Assembly (NCBI GenBank): GCA_937921305.1
Contig: CAKZSU010000007.1
Location: 1-43,329, forward strand
Reading direction: 5' to 3'
DNA: 43,329 bases
Source: an uncultured Patescibacteria group bacterium
GTDB lineage: Bacteria; Patescibacteriota; Microgenomatia; UBA10105; UBA927
Part shown: positions 1-7,947 of the stretch, piece by piece
Layout: every line of letters begins with the position of its first letter
Numbering within the stretch: the stretch's first letter is position 1
Notes under the pieces: generated by a model
Told to the model about the DNA's origin: nothing
Databases searched by the model: none
Seen by the model: the letters and a program-made list of their open reading frames with translations, nothing else
Position numbers and translations under genes: made by a program

Positions 1-226
1 AAGGTATAATATAGAGAGGTCGAAAAATTATCAACGAATCTTCTCTTTGAAACATTCGTTTTTTATACAATAATAATTTTCTTAATGTAATTCCCTCATT
101 TAGGAGAAATGCTATGACAGTATTATATCTTGATAAAAATAAAGCAGTTTGTTTTTCGTCATCAGCCATCCAATCATATGGCATTCCAAAAGGAATAAGA
201 ATAATCTTATTTTTCAGGAATTTCAT
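1..226 (-). CDS. Hypothetical protein, N-terminal part only (gene runs off the left window edge)
   Basis: ATG at 226-224 opens a minus-strand frame (MKFLKNKIILIPFGMPYDWMADDEKQTALFLSRYNTVIAFLLNEG...). I translated it by hand and found no stop for 75 codons to position 2. It is missing from the supplied track only because it is open-ended. It diverges from the glycosyltransferase genes. The N-terminus is faintly reminiscent of GT1-type exopolysaccharide transferases, but that is weak. Confidence 0.3.
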   Translation of the reverse strand, partial: MKFLKNKIILIPFGMPYDWMADDEKQTALFLSRYNTVIAFLLNEGITLRKLLLYKKRMFQREDSLIIFRPLYIIP

Positions 227-249
227 AACTTCTAAAATAATATAAAAAC

Positions 250-1479
250 ATGAATATTCTTTTTATTACTGATGATATTACATCAACTGGCGGTGCAATC
301 ACATTTGTTCAAGAAATTGCAAAAGAATTTTCTAAAAAACATAATGTTTACATTATCGCAGGAAATCTAAGTTCATCAATAAAAAATACTTCATTAAATA
401 AAAAAATACAAATTTTCTTTTATAAATCGAAAAAAATTCCATTTATAGAATTAGACATTGGTGCTCTTATCTATCTACCAAAGATTTTTGATCAGGTTGT
501 AAAAAAGATTCGTCCTGATGTTATTTATCTACATCTTTATTCTTCTCCTTTTTCCATTTTTCTACTTCGTCGAAATATTAAAGTCCCCATATATCTATAT
601 GTGTATGGCATATGGCATAAAGAAACATTATCTTCGATATCAAAACCAAAAAAACATAAATATCTTGGGAAAATAAAGCGATTAATAAAATATGGAAATA
701 AAATTGTTCAACAATATCTTATACAATTTTTTTGTGTTGTGACGACAAAATACATCATTACATTAAGTGACTATGCAAAAGAGATATTGATTAAAGCATA
801 TCCGATTAACAAATCAAAAGTATATACAATTCCTGGTGGATATGATCCGAAAATTTTTTATCCCGTATCAAAAACAAAAAAAATATCTTTACGAAAAAAT
901 CTGGGTTTTTCTGAAAATAGCAATATACTTCTCATTGCGACTCGCATAGAAAGAAGAAAAAATATTCATGTAGGAATACAAGCTTTACCATACATTATAA
1001 AGGAACATAAACACACAATGCTCCTTATTATCTTTCCGTTTACCGCTCATTCATACTTTGACTATCTTTTAGAATGCATCGCATTGGTTGAAAAACTTTC
1101 TTTAGGAAAGCATATTAGATTTATTGTTGGCATAAAACATGAAGAAATAGCTCAGTATTATCAAATAGCCGACTGTTTTCTCATGCTTTCTGAAGATTAT
1201 GAAACATTTGGATTAACAACAATCGAATCTCTTGCGTGTGGAATTCCTGTCTTTGGAATGTCATCAAGTAATACAAAAGATTTATTAAAAATAATAGATC
1301 CGTTTTTCCTTTTTGAAAAAAATAAACCAGAAATCATCTCTAAACATATTTCTAGATATTTTTCTCTTTCGGATAAAAAAAAACATCATCTATCTAAGAA
1401 GTGCTCTCGTTTTGCATCGACATTCATATGGGAGAGGGTTTGCAAGCTGCTTATAGATATGCAATTGAAAAATATATGA
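250..1479 (+). CDS. Glycosyltransferase, family 4 (GT-B fold)
   Basis: 409-aa ORF with an ATG start. C-terminal E-x7-E signature EDYETFGLTTIESLACGIPVFG. The N-terminal MNILFITDD...GGA pattern is typical of GT4. Confidence 0.85.
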   Translation: MNILFITDDITSTGGAITFVQEIAKEFSKKHNVYIIAGNLSSSIKNTSLNKKIQIFFYKSKKIPFIELDIGALIYLPKIFDQVVKKIRPDVIYLHLYSSPFSIFLLRRNIKVPIYLYVYGIWHKETLSSISKPKKHKYLGKIKRLIKYGNKIVQQYLIQFFCVVTTKYIITLSDYAKEILIKAYPINKSKVYTIPGGYDPKIFYPVSKTKKISLRKNLGFSENSNILLIATRIERRKNIHVGIQALPYIIKEHKHTMLLIIFPFTAHSYFDYLLECIALVEKLSLGKHIRFIVGIKHEEIAQYYQIADCFLMLSEDYETFGLTTIESLACGIPVFGMSSSNTKDLLKIIDPFFLFEKNKPEIISKHISRYFSLSDKKKHHLSKKCSRFASTFIWERVCKLLIDMQLKNI

Positions 1480-2615
1480 AAAAAACAGTTCTTTTTCTTT
1501 TAGACAAGTACGAATATAGTGGCGTAACAACGCTAACAAAACAATACATAGAATTGCTACAAGATCAATATAACTGTATTATCCTTGGATTCATAAATGA
1601 CATTGATGATCCTGATTCATTTTTTCCAAAAGCAAAAGTATTTATCATCAAAAAAGAATTTAAGCGAGGACTAATCGGGAAAGCTATAAATTCTATTCGA
1701 TATATTATTGCAATTAATACTATATACCAAAAACACAAAATTGATATCGTTCATTTCTCCACAACATTGTCAGGTATTTCTGCATTTTTTCATTGTGCGA
1801 CATGGAAAAAAAAGAAAATTGCAACATTTCATGGAGCACATGATCTTGAAGAAATAAGCATACATGGAACGGGAGTAATAAAAAACATTAAAAATGTGAT
1901 AAGAAAAAAACTTCAACAATTTATTCTTAAACGCTCCACGGTAATCGTACTAAGTGAATATGCATATAAACTCATTCGATCTCATTATTCATTTTATAAA
2001 AAACAAAACATATTCATAATTCCCCCATATATAAAAATGAAAAATCAAATAAAAAAAATTAAAAAATCAAATGAATTTATCATTGTTAATTTTGGTCGAG
2101 CAGAACCAAGAAAAGGAATACATACACTTTTAGAAGCAATAAAAAACTTAAGAAGAAGATATACGATAAAAACATACATAGCAACTCCAATTTCGTATTG
2201 GCATATGGGCATCATTAAAACTTATGAAGCCTTAAACTTATATACCTCTGTTCATATACTTCACAAAATAAATGATGCACAAAAACAAGATCTTTTACGC
2301 AAAGCTCATCTTTTTGTCATGCCTTCAAAAGATCTTGAAACATTTGGCATTTCAATGCTTGAAAGTTTATCAACAGGAACCCCTGTTGTAGGAACACCTT
2401 CAGGGGCAATTCTTGAAATCCTATCAAAAATAGATCGAAGATTGATAGCAAAAGAAATATCATCAGTCTCTTTAGCAAATACTATAGCATGGTATATAAA
2501 TCTTTCATTTAAAGAAAAAAAGAAAATACGAAATAAATGCCTTTCATATGTTGAAACATATCATGCTAAAAAGACAATAAAAAAATACTTTCTTCAGGTA
2601 TACAAATATTGTTAA
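1476..2615 (+). CDS. Glycosyltransferase, family 4 (GT-B fold)
   Basis: The track ORF starts at a GTG at 1401, inside the upstream gene. I prefer the ATG at 1476 (MKKTVLFLLDK...), which forms an ATGA start/stop overlap with the upstream stop at 1477-1479. E-x7-E motif KDLETFGISMLESLSTGTPVVG. Confidence 0.85.
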   Translation: MKKTVLFLLDKYEYSGVTTLTKQYIELLQDQYNCIILGFINDIDDPDSFFPKAKVFIIKKEFKRGLIGKAINSIRYIIAINTIYQKHKIDIVHFSTTLSGISAFFHCATWKKKKIATFHGAHDLEEISIHGTGVIKNIKNVIRKKLQQFILKRSTVIVLSEYAYKLIRSHYSFYKKQNIFIIPPYIKMKNQIKKIKKSNEFIIVNFGRAEPRKGIHTLLEAIKNLRRRYTIKTYIATPISYWHMGIIKTYEALNLYTSVHILHKINDAQKQDLLRKAHLFVMPSKDLETFGISMLESLSTGTPVVGTPSGAILEILSKIDRRLIAKEISSVSLANTIAWYINLSFKEKKKIRNKCLSYVETYHAKKTIKKYFLQVYKYC

Positions 2616-2625
2616 GAATAAATAA

Positions 2626-3561
2626 TTACTTTTTCATCTTAAGAAAAACTTCATATAAATTATAGCCGACTATAAATAGTAAAATCTGAAAAATTTGAAC
2701 TAATCTTGCAGGTATATCTTGAAAATGAAATATACAATAAAGGGCATCTTTTAAATTGTTTTTATTCCAATCCCATGAAGAAAATGGAATATTTTGTTGA
2801 TATAAAATTTTCTCTACAAGCTTATTTTCGATCCCCGTTTGAATAAATCGTTTCACCAAATATAAGATAGAAAATCTTATATTATTTATTCTATGATTTA
2901 CCACAATTGATCCAATGTATATAAATACATGCCCTCTGTAAAGGAGTCGAAGGCAAAACTCTAGATCTTCTGCCCCTAAGAAAAATTTCCCATATCTTCT
3001 TCCAAGCATAGTATTAAACATTTCTTTACCTAATTTATTTCTTCGTAAGCATATACATGCGCTAAAAATAAGATCTGGATATCTCAATTGTTCTATATCA
3101 TTCTTTCGTTCAGTAAGAGCAAAAACCCATGAAAGATGCTTGAAAAATAATTTATAGTATCTTAATCTATTTTCCATAAAATCTCCAACAATCTTTCCTC
3201 CTATTGCAGTTGCTTCTGGAAAATTTATTAAAGCAGAAGAAAATTTGATTAAAATCTCTCTCTCTACAGAGATATCATCATCAATGAAGAGTATGTGATT
3301 ATATCTTGACTTTTTTATTCCCGTATTTCTCACAAAAGAAATCCCTTCTTTTTCTTCTTTTATAAGAGAAAAATGTCTATTTCGTTTCAAAAAACGTTGA
3401 ACAACTTGATCTGTACGGTCTGCGCTATTATTATTGACGATAATAACTTCCCATTTCCCTTGATAGGTTATAGACTCTATTCTTCTTAATGTTTCTTCTA
3501 AGTTATCAGCCCTATTTCTTGTTGGTATTATGATCGAAAAACTTGGAAGATTTTTCTTCAT
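2626..3561 (-). CDS. Glycosyltransferase, family 2 (GT-A fold)
   Basis: FSIIIPTRNRADNLEETLRRI N-terminal GT2 signature and DxD-like FIDDDI. The track start at 3618 is a TTG, so I prefer the internal ATG at 3561 (MKKNLPSFSIIIP). The start is uncertain. Confidence 0.8.
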   Translation of the reverse strand: MKKNLPSFSIIIPTRNRADNLEETLRRIESITYQGKWEVIIVNNNSADRTDQVVQRFLKRNRHFSLIKEEKEGISFVRNTGIKKSRYNHILFIDDDISVEREILIKFSSALINFPEATAIGGKIVGDFMENRLRYYKLFFKHLSWVFALTERKNDIEQLRYPDLIFSACICLRRNKLGKEMFNTMLGRRYGKFFLGAEDLEFCLRLLYRGHVFIYIGSIVVNHRINNIRFSILYLVKRFIQTGIENKLVEKILYQQNIPFSSWDWNKNNLKDALYCIFHFQDIPARLVQIFQILLFIVGYNLYEVFLKMKK

Positions 3562-3751
3562 TTTGAAAAAATAATTTCTCTTATTACAAAAGATTCCTAT
3601 GTTTCTATTCTTTAACAATTCTTTTATTCATTTTTTAAAAATATGTATTACATATAAAAATATGCAATACAGTAAGGAAAATATAAACAATCTAAAGATA
3701 TAATCGTGCCAATTTATCTATTAAATTACTAATAACTATAATTCAATTTAT

Positions 3752-4438
3752 TTATAATATAATCTCTCCCTCTCTCATCTCTAACACTCTTTTGCAATGT
3801 TTTTTTATATATTCTCTCCACTGGCTTACCATAAGAATCGTTTTTTCTTGATGAAAAAATGTTTTGATTTTTTTGAAAGATTTCTCCCTAAACTGTTCAT
3901 CGCCTACCGCCATATGTTCATCGAGAAGAAGAATATCTGGATCAGCATGAACAGCTATAGAAAATCCAAGGCGAAGCTTCATACCCTGAGAATACGTAAA
4001 AAGCGGCGTGTCAATAAATTGTTTAATATCTGCAAATTCAATAATACTTTGTATTTTTTCATCAATATCTCTCTTATTCATGCCAAGAAGAAGTCCACTG
4101 ATATAAATATTTTGATATCCTGTCAATTCAACATTAAATCCAGCTTCTAAATCTAGAATCGAAATAACTCTACCATATACGCTAACTATTCCTGATGTTG
4201 GTGTAGTAATTCCAGCAATAATTTTTAATAGCGTTGTTTTTCCGCTTCCATTGTGACCAATAATCCCAATAATTTCTCCTTTGTATATTGTCAGATTGAT
4301 ATGCTTTAACGCCCAAAATGTCTCATTCCTTCCTTTGAAAAATTTTTCCACAAGCGTTGGCTTTTCGTGATGAATCTCATATGACTTGCTGACATCTATG
4401 AGTTGAATCGCTATGTCTGAATTCTGTTTCTTCCTCAT
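3752..4438 (-). CDS. Polysaccharide/teichoic-acid type ABC exporter, ATP-binding subunit (Wzt/TagH-like, no C-terminal glycan-binding domain)
   Basis: Walker A GHNGSGKTTLLK, signature-like YSQGMKLRL and Walker B ILLLDE. It lies 3 nt downstream of an ABC-2 permease on the same strand. Confidence 0.85.
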   Translation of the reverse strand: MRKKQNSDIAIQLIDVSKSYEIHHEKPTLVEKFFKGRNETFWALKHINLTIYKGEIIGIIGHNGSGKTTLLKIIAGITTPTSGIVSVYGRVISILDLEAGFNVELTGYQNIYISGLLLGMNKRDIDEKIQSIIEFADIKQFIDTPLFTYSQGMKLRLGFSIAVHADPDILLLDEHMAVGDEQFREKSFKKIKTFFHQEKTILMVSQWREYIKKHCKRVLEMREGEIIL

Positions 4439-4441
4439 ATA

Positions 4442-5227
4442 TTACAACCAATCGTCGAAATGTTTGCTTTCTCTTAAGAAAGTTGCTACTCCTAAAAAAA
4501 CCCCAAACGCGATCGTCAAAAGGTTTGCCGTAAGCATCGCTGGTCCAGGAGCAGCGGAATGAATCAATCCATTCTGAAGCAATTGAATCGGCGATGTCAA
4601 AGGATTAAACCTCCAGAGCCAGAGCAATTCTCGCGGAATCAAATGAAGTGAATAAATAATTGGTGTTGCATAAAACCAAACAATAAGAATCGCTTGAACA
4701 AAAAAGTTCACATCGCGAAACCGCACATTTAATGCGGAGGAAAACAAGCTCACTCCTGAGGTAAAAATAAGCAATAAAAATAATGCAAAGACACTCACGA
4801 TAATTCCCGAAAATGAAAACGTTCCTATCGCAAAAACCGCGATCAAAAAAAGTCCAAATGAAATAAGCAAATGAACAAAATTGGATAAGACAATCGACAA
4901 AGGAATCACTACTCGAGGGAAAGACGCTTTTTTAATAAGATTTCGTTCAAATACAATCGATGACGTTGCTTTTGTCAAAGATAATGAAAAAAAATTCCAC
5001 GCAAGCAATCCAATAAATAAATGATGAAAGTAATACGGAATAGGCTCGCGGACAAAAAATCGGAATATAAATCCAATAACAAGCATCTGAAGGATAGGAT
5101 TAAGAATCATCCATAAAAACCCAAACATCGTATTCTTATATCGAGCAAGCAATTCTTTTTTTGTCATTTCATATAAAAGTTCGACAAAATGTTGAAATCG
5201 CTCGCGTTTCGTTTTCATGTGCCTCAT
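4442..5227 (-). CDS. ABC-2 type exporter permease (Wzm/TagG-like)
   Basis: 261 aa, about 6 hydrophobic helices and an N-terminal ...ELLARYKNTMFGFLWMILNP... motif typical of ABC-2 polysaccharide export permeases. Adjacent to the ATPase. Confidence 0.8.
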   Translation of the reverse strand: MRHMKTKRERFQHFVELLYEMTKKELLARYKNTMFGFLWMILNPILQMLVIGFIFRFFVREPIPYYFHHLFIGLLAWNFFSLSLTKATSSIVFERNLIKKASFPRVVIPLSIVLSNFVHLLISFGLFLIAVFAIGTFSFSGIIVSVFALFLLLIFTSGVSLFSSALNVRFRDVNFFVQAILIVWFYATPIIYSLHLIPRELLWLWRFNPLTSPIQLLQNGLIHSAAPGPAMLTANLLTIAFGVFLGVATFLRESKHFDDWL

Positions 5228-5261
5228 AAAAAAACTATTCTTATGATACGCTTGGTATAAT

Positions 5262-6059
5262 ATGAACTACACCACGATAAATATCAACGATCTTCCTTCT
5301 TTGTCAACAATAAGAAAACTAAAAACACTCTATATCATGCCGAAAACATATGATAAAACTGCCTTTGCAAACTGCATTGCTGTTGTTGGAAGCAGACGCA
5401 TGACATCATATGGAAGAGAAGTGATCGAAAAGATAATTCCGCATCTTGTTATGGAAGGAAAAACGATCGTATCTGGATTTATGTATGGCGTTGACCAATA
5501 CGCGCATGACATATGCATACAATGTGGAGGAAAAACCATTGCCGTTCTTGGATGGGGCATTGCAGAACCATTCAAAGATACCGATGTGTTGCTGGCGAAA
5601 AATATCATAGAACACGAAGGTATCATTCTTTCTGAATGGGAATATCAAAAACCTTCAATATGGACATTTCCATTGCGGAATAGGATTATTGTTGGAATAT
5701 CGCAAGAAGTGATCATTATTGAGGCGGCAGAAAAAAGTGGATCGCTCATCACCGCAGATCTCGCGATACAAATGAAAAAACCGTTATGGGCTGTTCCGGG
5801 TCCAATTACAAGTGTCATGTCAAAAGGAACAAACAGATTGATCGCCGAAGGAAAAGCAAGACCATGGATAGACATGTCAAAACAACACCAATCGTCGTCA
5901 GAACATCCACTCGTTGCGCTTCTTGCGCATGAATCGCTGACCGCCAATGAACTTGCAAGAAAAACAAACCAGCCGATTGAACAGGTAAGCGCAGACCTTA
6001 CGATACTCGTCTTATCTGGAGTGATTGTTGAACGCAATGGGAAGTATTCAGTACAGTAA
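5262..6059 (+). CDS. dprA: DNA-processing protein DprA (Smf)
   Basis: Rossmann-like core VVGSRRMTSYG...SGFMYGVDQYAHD...GSLITADLAIQMKKPLWAVPG, plus a C-terminal winged-helix-like tail (LTANELARKTNQPIEQVSADLTILVLSGVI). Confidence 0.9.
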   Translation: MNYTTININDLPSLSTIRKLKTLYIMPKTYDKTAFANCIAVVGSRRMTSYGREVIEKIIPHLVMEGKTIVSGFMYGVDQYAHDICIQCGGKTIAVLGWGIAEPFKDTDVLLAKNIIEHEGIILSEWEYQKPSIWTFPLRNRIIVGISQEVIIIEAAEKSGSLITADLAIQMKKPLWAVPGPITSVMSKGTNRLIAEGKARPWIDMSKQHQSSSEHPLVALLAHESLTANELARKTNQPIEQVSADLTILVLSGVIVERNGKYSVQ

Positions 6060-6064
6060 ATATA

Positions 6065-7594
6065 ATGTTAGTGAAAGTGCGGTCTATTGCGAATATCGGA
6101 CTTGAAACAATTCCTGTTGATGTAGAAGTCGATGTGGCATCTGCAGGATTTCCAGGTTTTACCATTGTCGGGTTGGCAAGCAAAGCGGTTGAAGAAGCAA
6201 AAGAGCGGGTGAAAACGGCTATCATCAATTCTGGCTTTGAATTTCCTCCACGAAAAATAACCGTGAATCTCGCGCCGGCAGATCTTCCAAAAGACGGATC
6301 ATCGTATGACCTCCCAATTGCCATTGGCATTCTTCTCGCGAGCGAACAACTCCCGTCTATAGATACCAATCAATCATTATATTATGGAGAACTCTCGCTT
6401 GACGGAACATTGAGACCAACAAAGGGCGTCCTATTAGTCGCGCTTCACGCGCAACAACAAGGAATTACAACAATATATATCCCCGAAGCGTCCGCAAAAG
6501 AAGCATCAATTGTTCCTGAAATAACGATCATTCCTGTTGTAACACTTAAAGAACTTGTGATTCATCTTGCCGGACAATCAAACATCGCCCCGCTCCCACA
6601 CACGCCGATAGATGAAACAATCGAATCCTTTGACACCTTGTACGATATCAGTGAAATCGCTGGACAAGAACAAGCGAAACGCGCGCTTATTATTGCCGCG
6701 GCTGGAGGACACAATCTTCTTTTATGGGGACCTCCCGGGACTGGAAAAACTATGCTTGCCCGCGCGCTTCCCGGCATTCTTCCACCACTTACGCCAAAAG
6801 AATCGCTAGAAGTAACGCGGATTTACTCGCTTTGCGGTTTACTATCGAATAATCAGGCATATATTCGGGTCCGACCGTTTCGAGCCCCGCATCATGGCGT
6901 ATCCGCTGCTGGACTTATCGGTGGAGGAAGCTCGCCAATGCCCGGAGAAGTGAGTCTTGCGCATCTTGGCGTCATGTTTCTGGATGAAATGGCGGAATTT
7001 CCTCGAAGCGTTCTTGAAAGTCTCAGACAGCCCATGGAAGACGGCGTTGTTGAAATCGTTCGAGCCGCTGGTCATGTCAAATATCCGGCAAGCTTCACGC
7101 TTGTCGCGGCGATCAATCCCTGTCCCTGCGGATACCTTGGACACCCAACAAAACCATGTTCCTGCACGCCAAAACAAATCAACAAATATCGACATCGCAT
7201 TTCTGGACCAATTCTTGATCGAATCGATCTTTGGGTTCATGTGTCGGCAATGGATGTGGAAAAGTTAACAATTACCAAGCCAAAGCAACGAATCCTATCA
7301 TCGCAAACGGCAAAAGAACTTGTTATGAAAGCGAGAGCTATACAATATCAACGATTCTCGCGGATTTCAATGTACACCAATTCGCAAATGCGAAATAAAG
7401 AAATCAAACAACTCGCTCATCTCACGCCGGAAGCGGAACAGATTTTGAAAGTTGCCGCACAAAAATTCGAACTCTCGGCGCGAAGTTACTTTCGTCTTAT
7501 TAAGGTTGCACGAACGATCGCTGATTTAGACGCTTCAGAATATATTCTTCCATATCACATGGCGGAAGCTATCCAGTATAAACAACTCCAATGA
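6065..7594 (+). CDS. comM: Mg-chelatase-like AAA+ ATPase ComM/YifB
   Basis: N-terminal Lon-protease-like domain (GLETIPVDVEVD...DLPIAIGIL), Walker A GPPGTGKTM, FLDEMAEF Walker B and a C-terminal Mg-chelatase subunit ChlI-like tail. 509 aa, the typical length. Confidence 0.9.
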   Translation: MLVKVRSIANIGLETIPVDVEVDVASAGFPGFTIVGLASKAVEEAKERVKTAIINSGFEFPPRKITVNLAPADLPKDGSSYDLPIAIGILLASEQLPSIDTNQSLYYGELSLDGTLRPTKGVLLVALHAQQQGITTIYIPEASAKEASIVPEITIIPVVTLKELVIHLAGQSNIAPLPHTPIDETIESFDTLYDISEIAGQEQAKRALIIAAAGGHNLLLWGPPGTGKTMLARALPGILPPLTPKESLEVTRIYSLCGLLSNNQAYIRVRPFRAPHHGVSAAGLIGGGSSPMPGEVSLAHLGVMFLDEMAEFPRSVLESLRQPMEDGVVEIVRAAGHVKYPASFTLVAAINPCPCGYLGHPTKPCSCTPKQINKYRHRISGPILDRIDLWVHVSAMDVEKLTITKPKQRILSSQTAKELVMKARAIQYQRFSRISMYTNSQMRNKEIKQLAHLTPEAEQILKVAAQKFELSARSYFRLIKVARTIADLDASEYILPYHMAEAIQYKQLQ

Positions 7595-7947
7595 ATAAAC
7601 GATATAACAAAATAATTGGGAAAAAAGCCGAAGATATCGCAATGAATGCATTGAAACAAAAAGGCTACCACATCATCGATCGCAATGTGTCGTACAAACA
7701 AGGAGAAATTGATATTGTCGCACAGGATGGACAAGTTTTGGTATTTGTTGAAGTAAAAGCAAAAACTGGACATAACACCGGCATTCCCGAAGAAATGATC
7801 ACCAAGAAAAAATTAGAAAGAGTTCGCCTTTTGGGAACAATCTATCTTAAAGGAAACAATGAGCCATGCCGAATCGATATCGTCGCTATTGTATTCAATT
7901 CCGATTATAGCGTCAACCGAATTACCCATTACATCAATGTCTATTAG
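7591..7947 (+). CDS. yraN: YraN family (UPF0102) endonuclease-like protein
   Basis: 118 aa. GEIDIVAQDG..LVFVEVK motif of the restriction-endonuclease-like YraN fold. ATGA overlap with the comM stop (7591-7594). Confidence 0.8.
   Translation: MNKRYNKIIGKKAEDIAMNALKQKGYHIIDRNVSYKQGEIDIVAQDGQVLVFVEVKAKTGHNTGIPEEMITKKKLERVRLLGTIYLKGNNEPCRIDIVAIVFNSDYSVNRITHYINVY

Noticed and set aside
3697-3712. Shared 10-11-mers between distant intergenic regions: TATAATCGTGC at about 3702 and 22814, and ATACGCAATA at about 11092 and 11897.
   Set aside because: Exact matches of this length are expected many times by chance in a 43-kb window read on both strands, and there is no extended similarity around them.
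5253-5261. TGGTATAAT immediately abutting the dprA ATG, considered as a leaderless promoter.
   Set aside because: The hexamer ends at the base before the ATG, so a start site 6-8 nt downstream would exclude the start codon. The full N-terminus from 5262 also aligns in pattern with other DprA proteins. The motif may be a promoter for something else or a coincidence, so I did not count it among the leaderless candidates.
5645-6369. Long antisense ORFs opposite dprA/comM (5645-6037 at 130 aa, 5998-6369 at 123 aa). Similar ones lie opposite other genes: 12688-13026, 19850-20296, 20659-21141, 24685-25125, 33613-34005, 34149-34562 and 34495-34911.
   Set aside because: All lie fully inside strongly supported genes on the other strand. 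They have low-complexity or Ser/Arg/Cys-rich compositions and no recognisable motifs, and they occur where G+C is higher. These are typical shadow ORFs.
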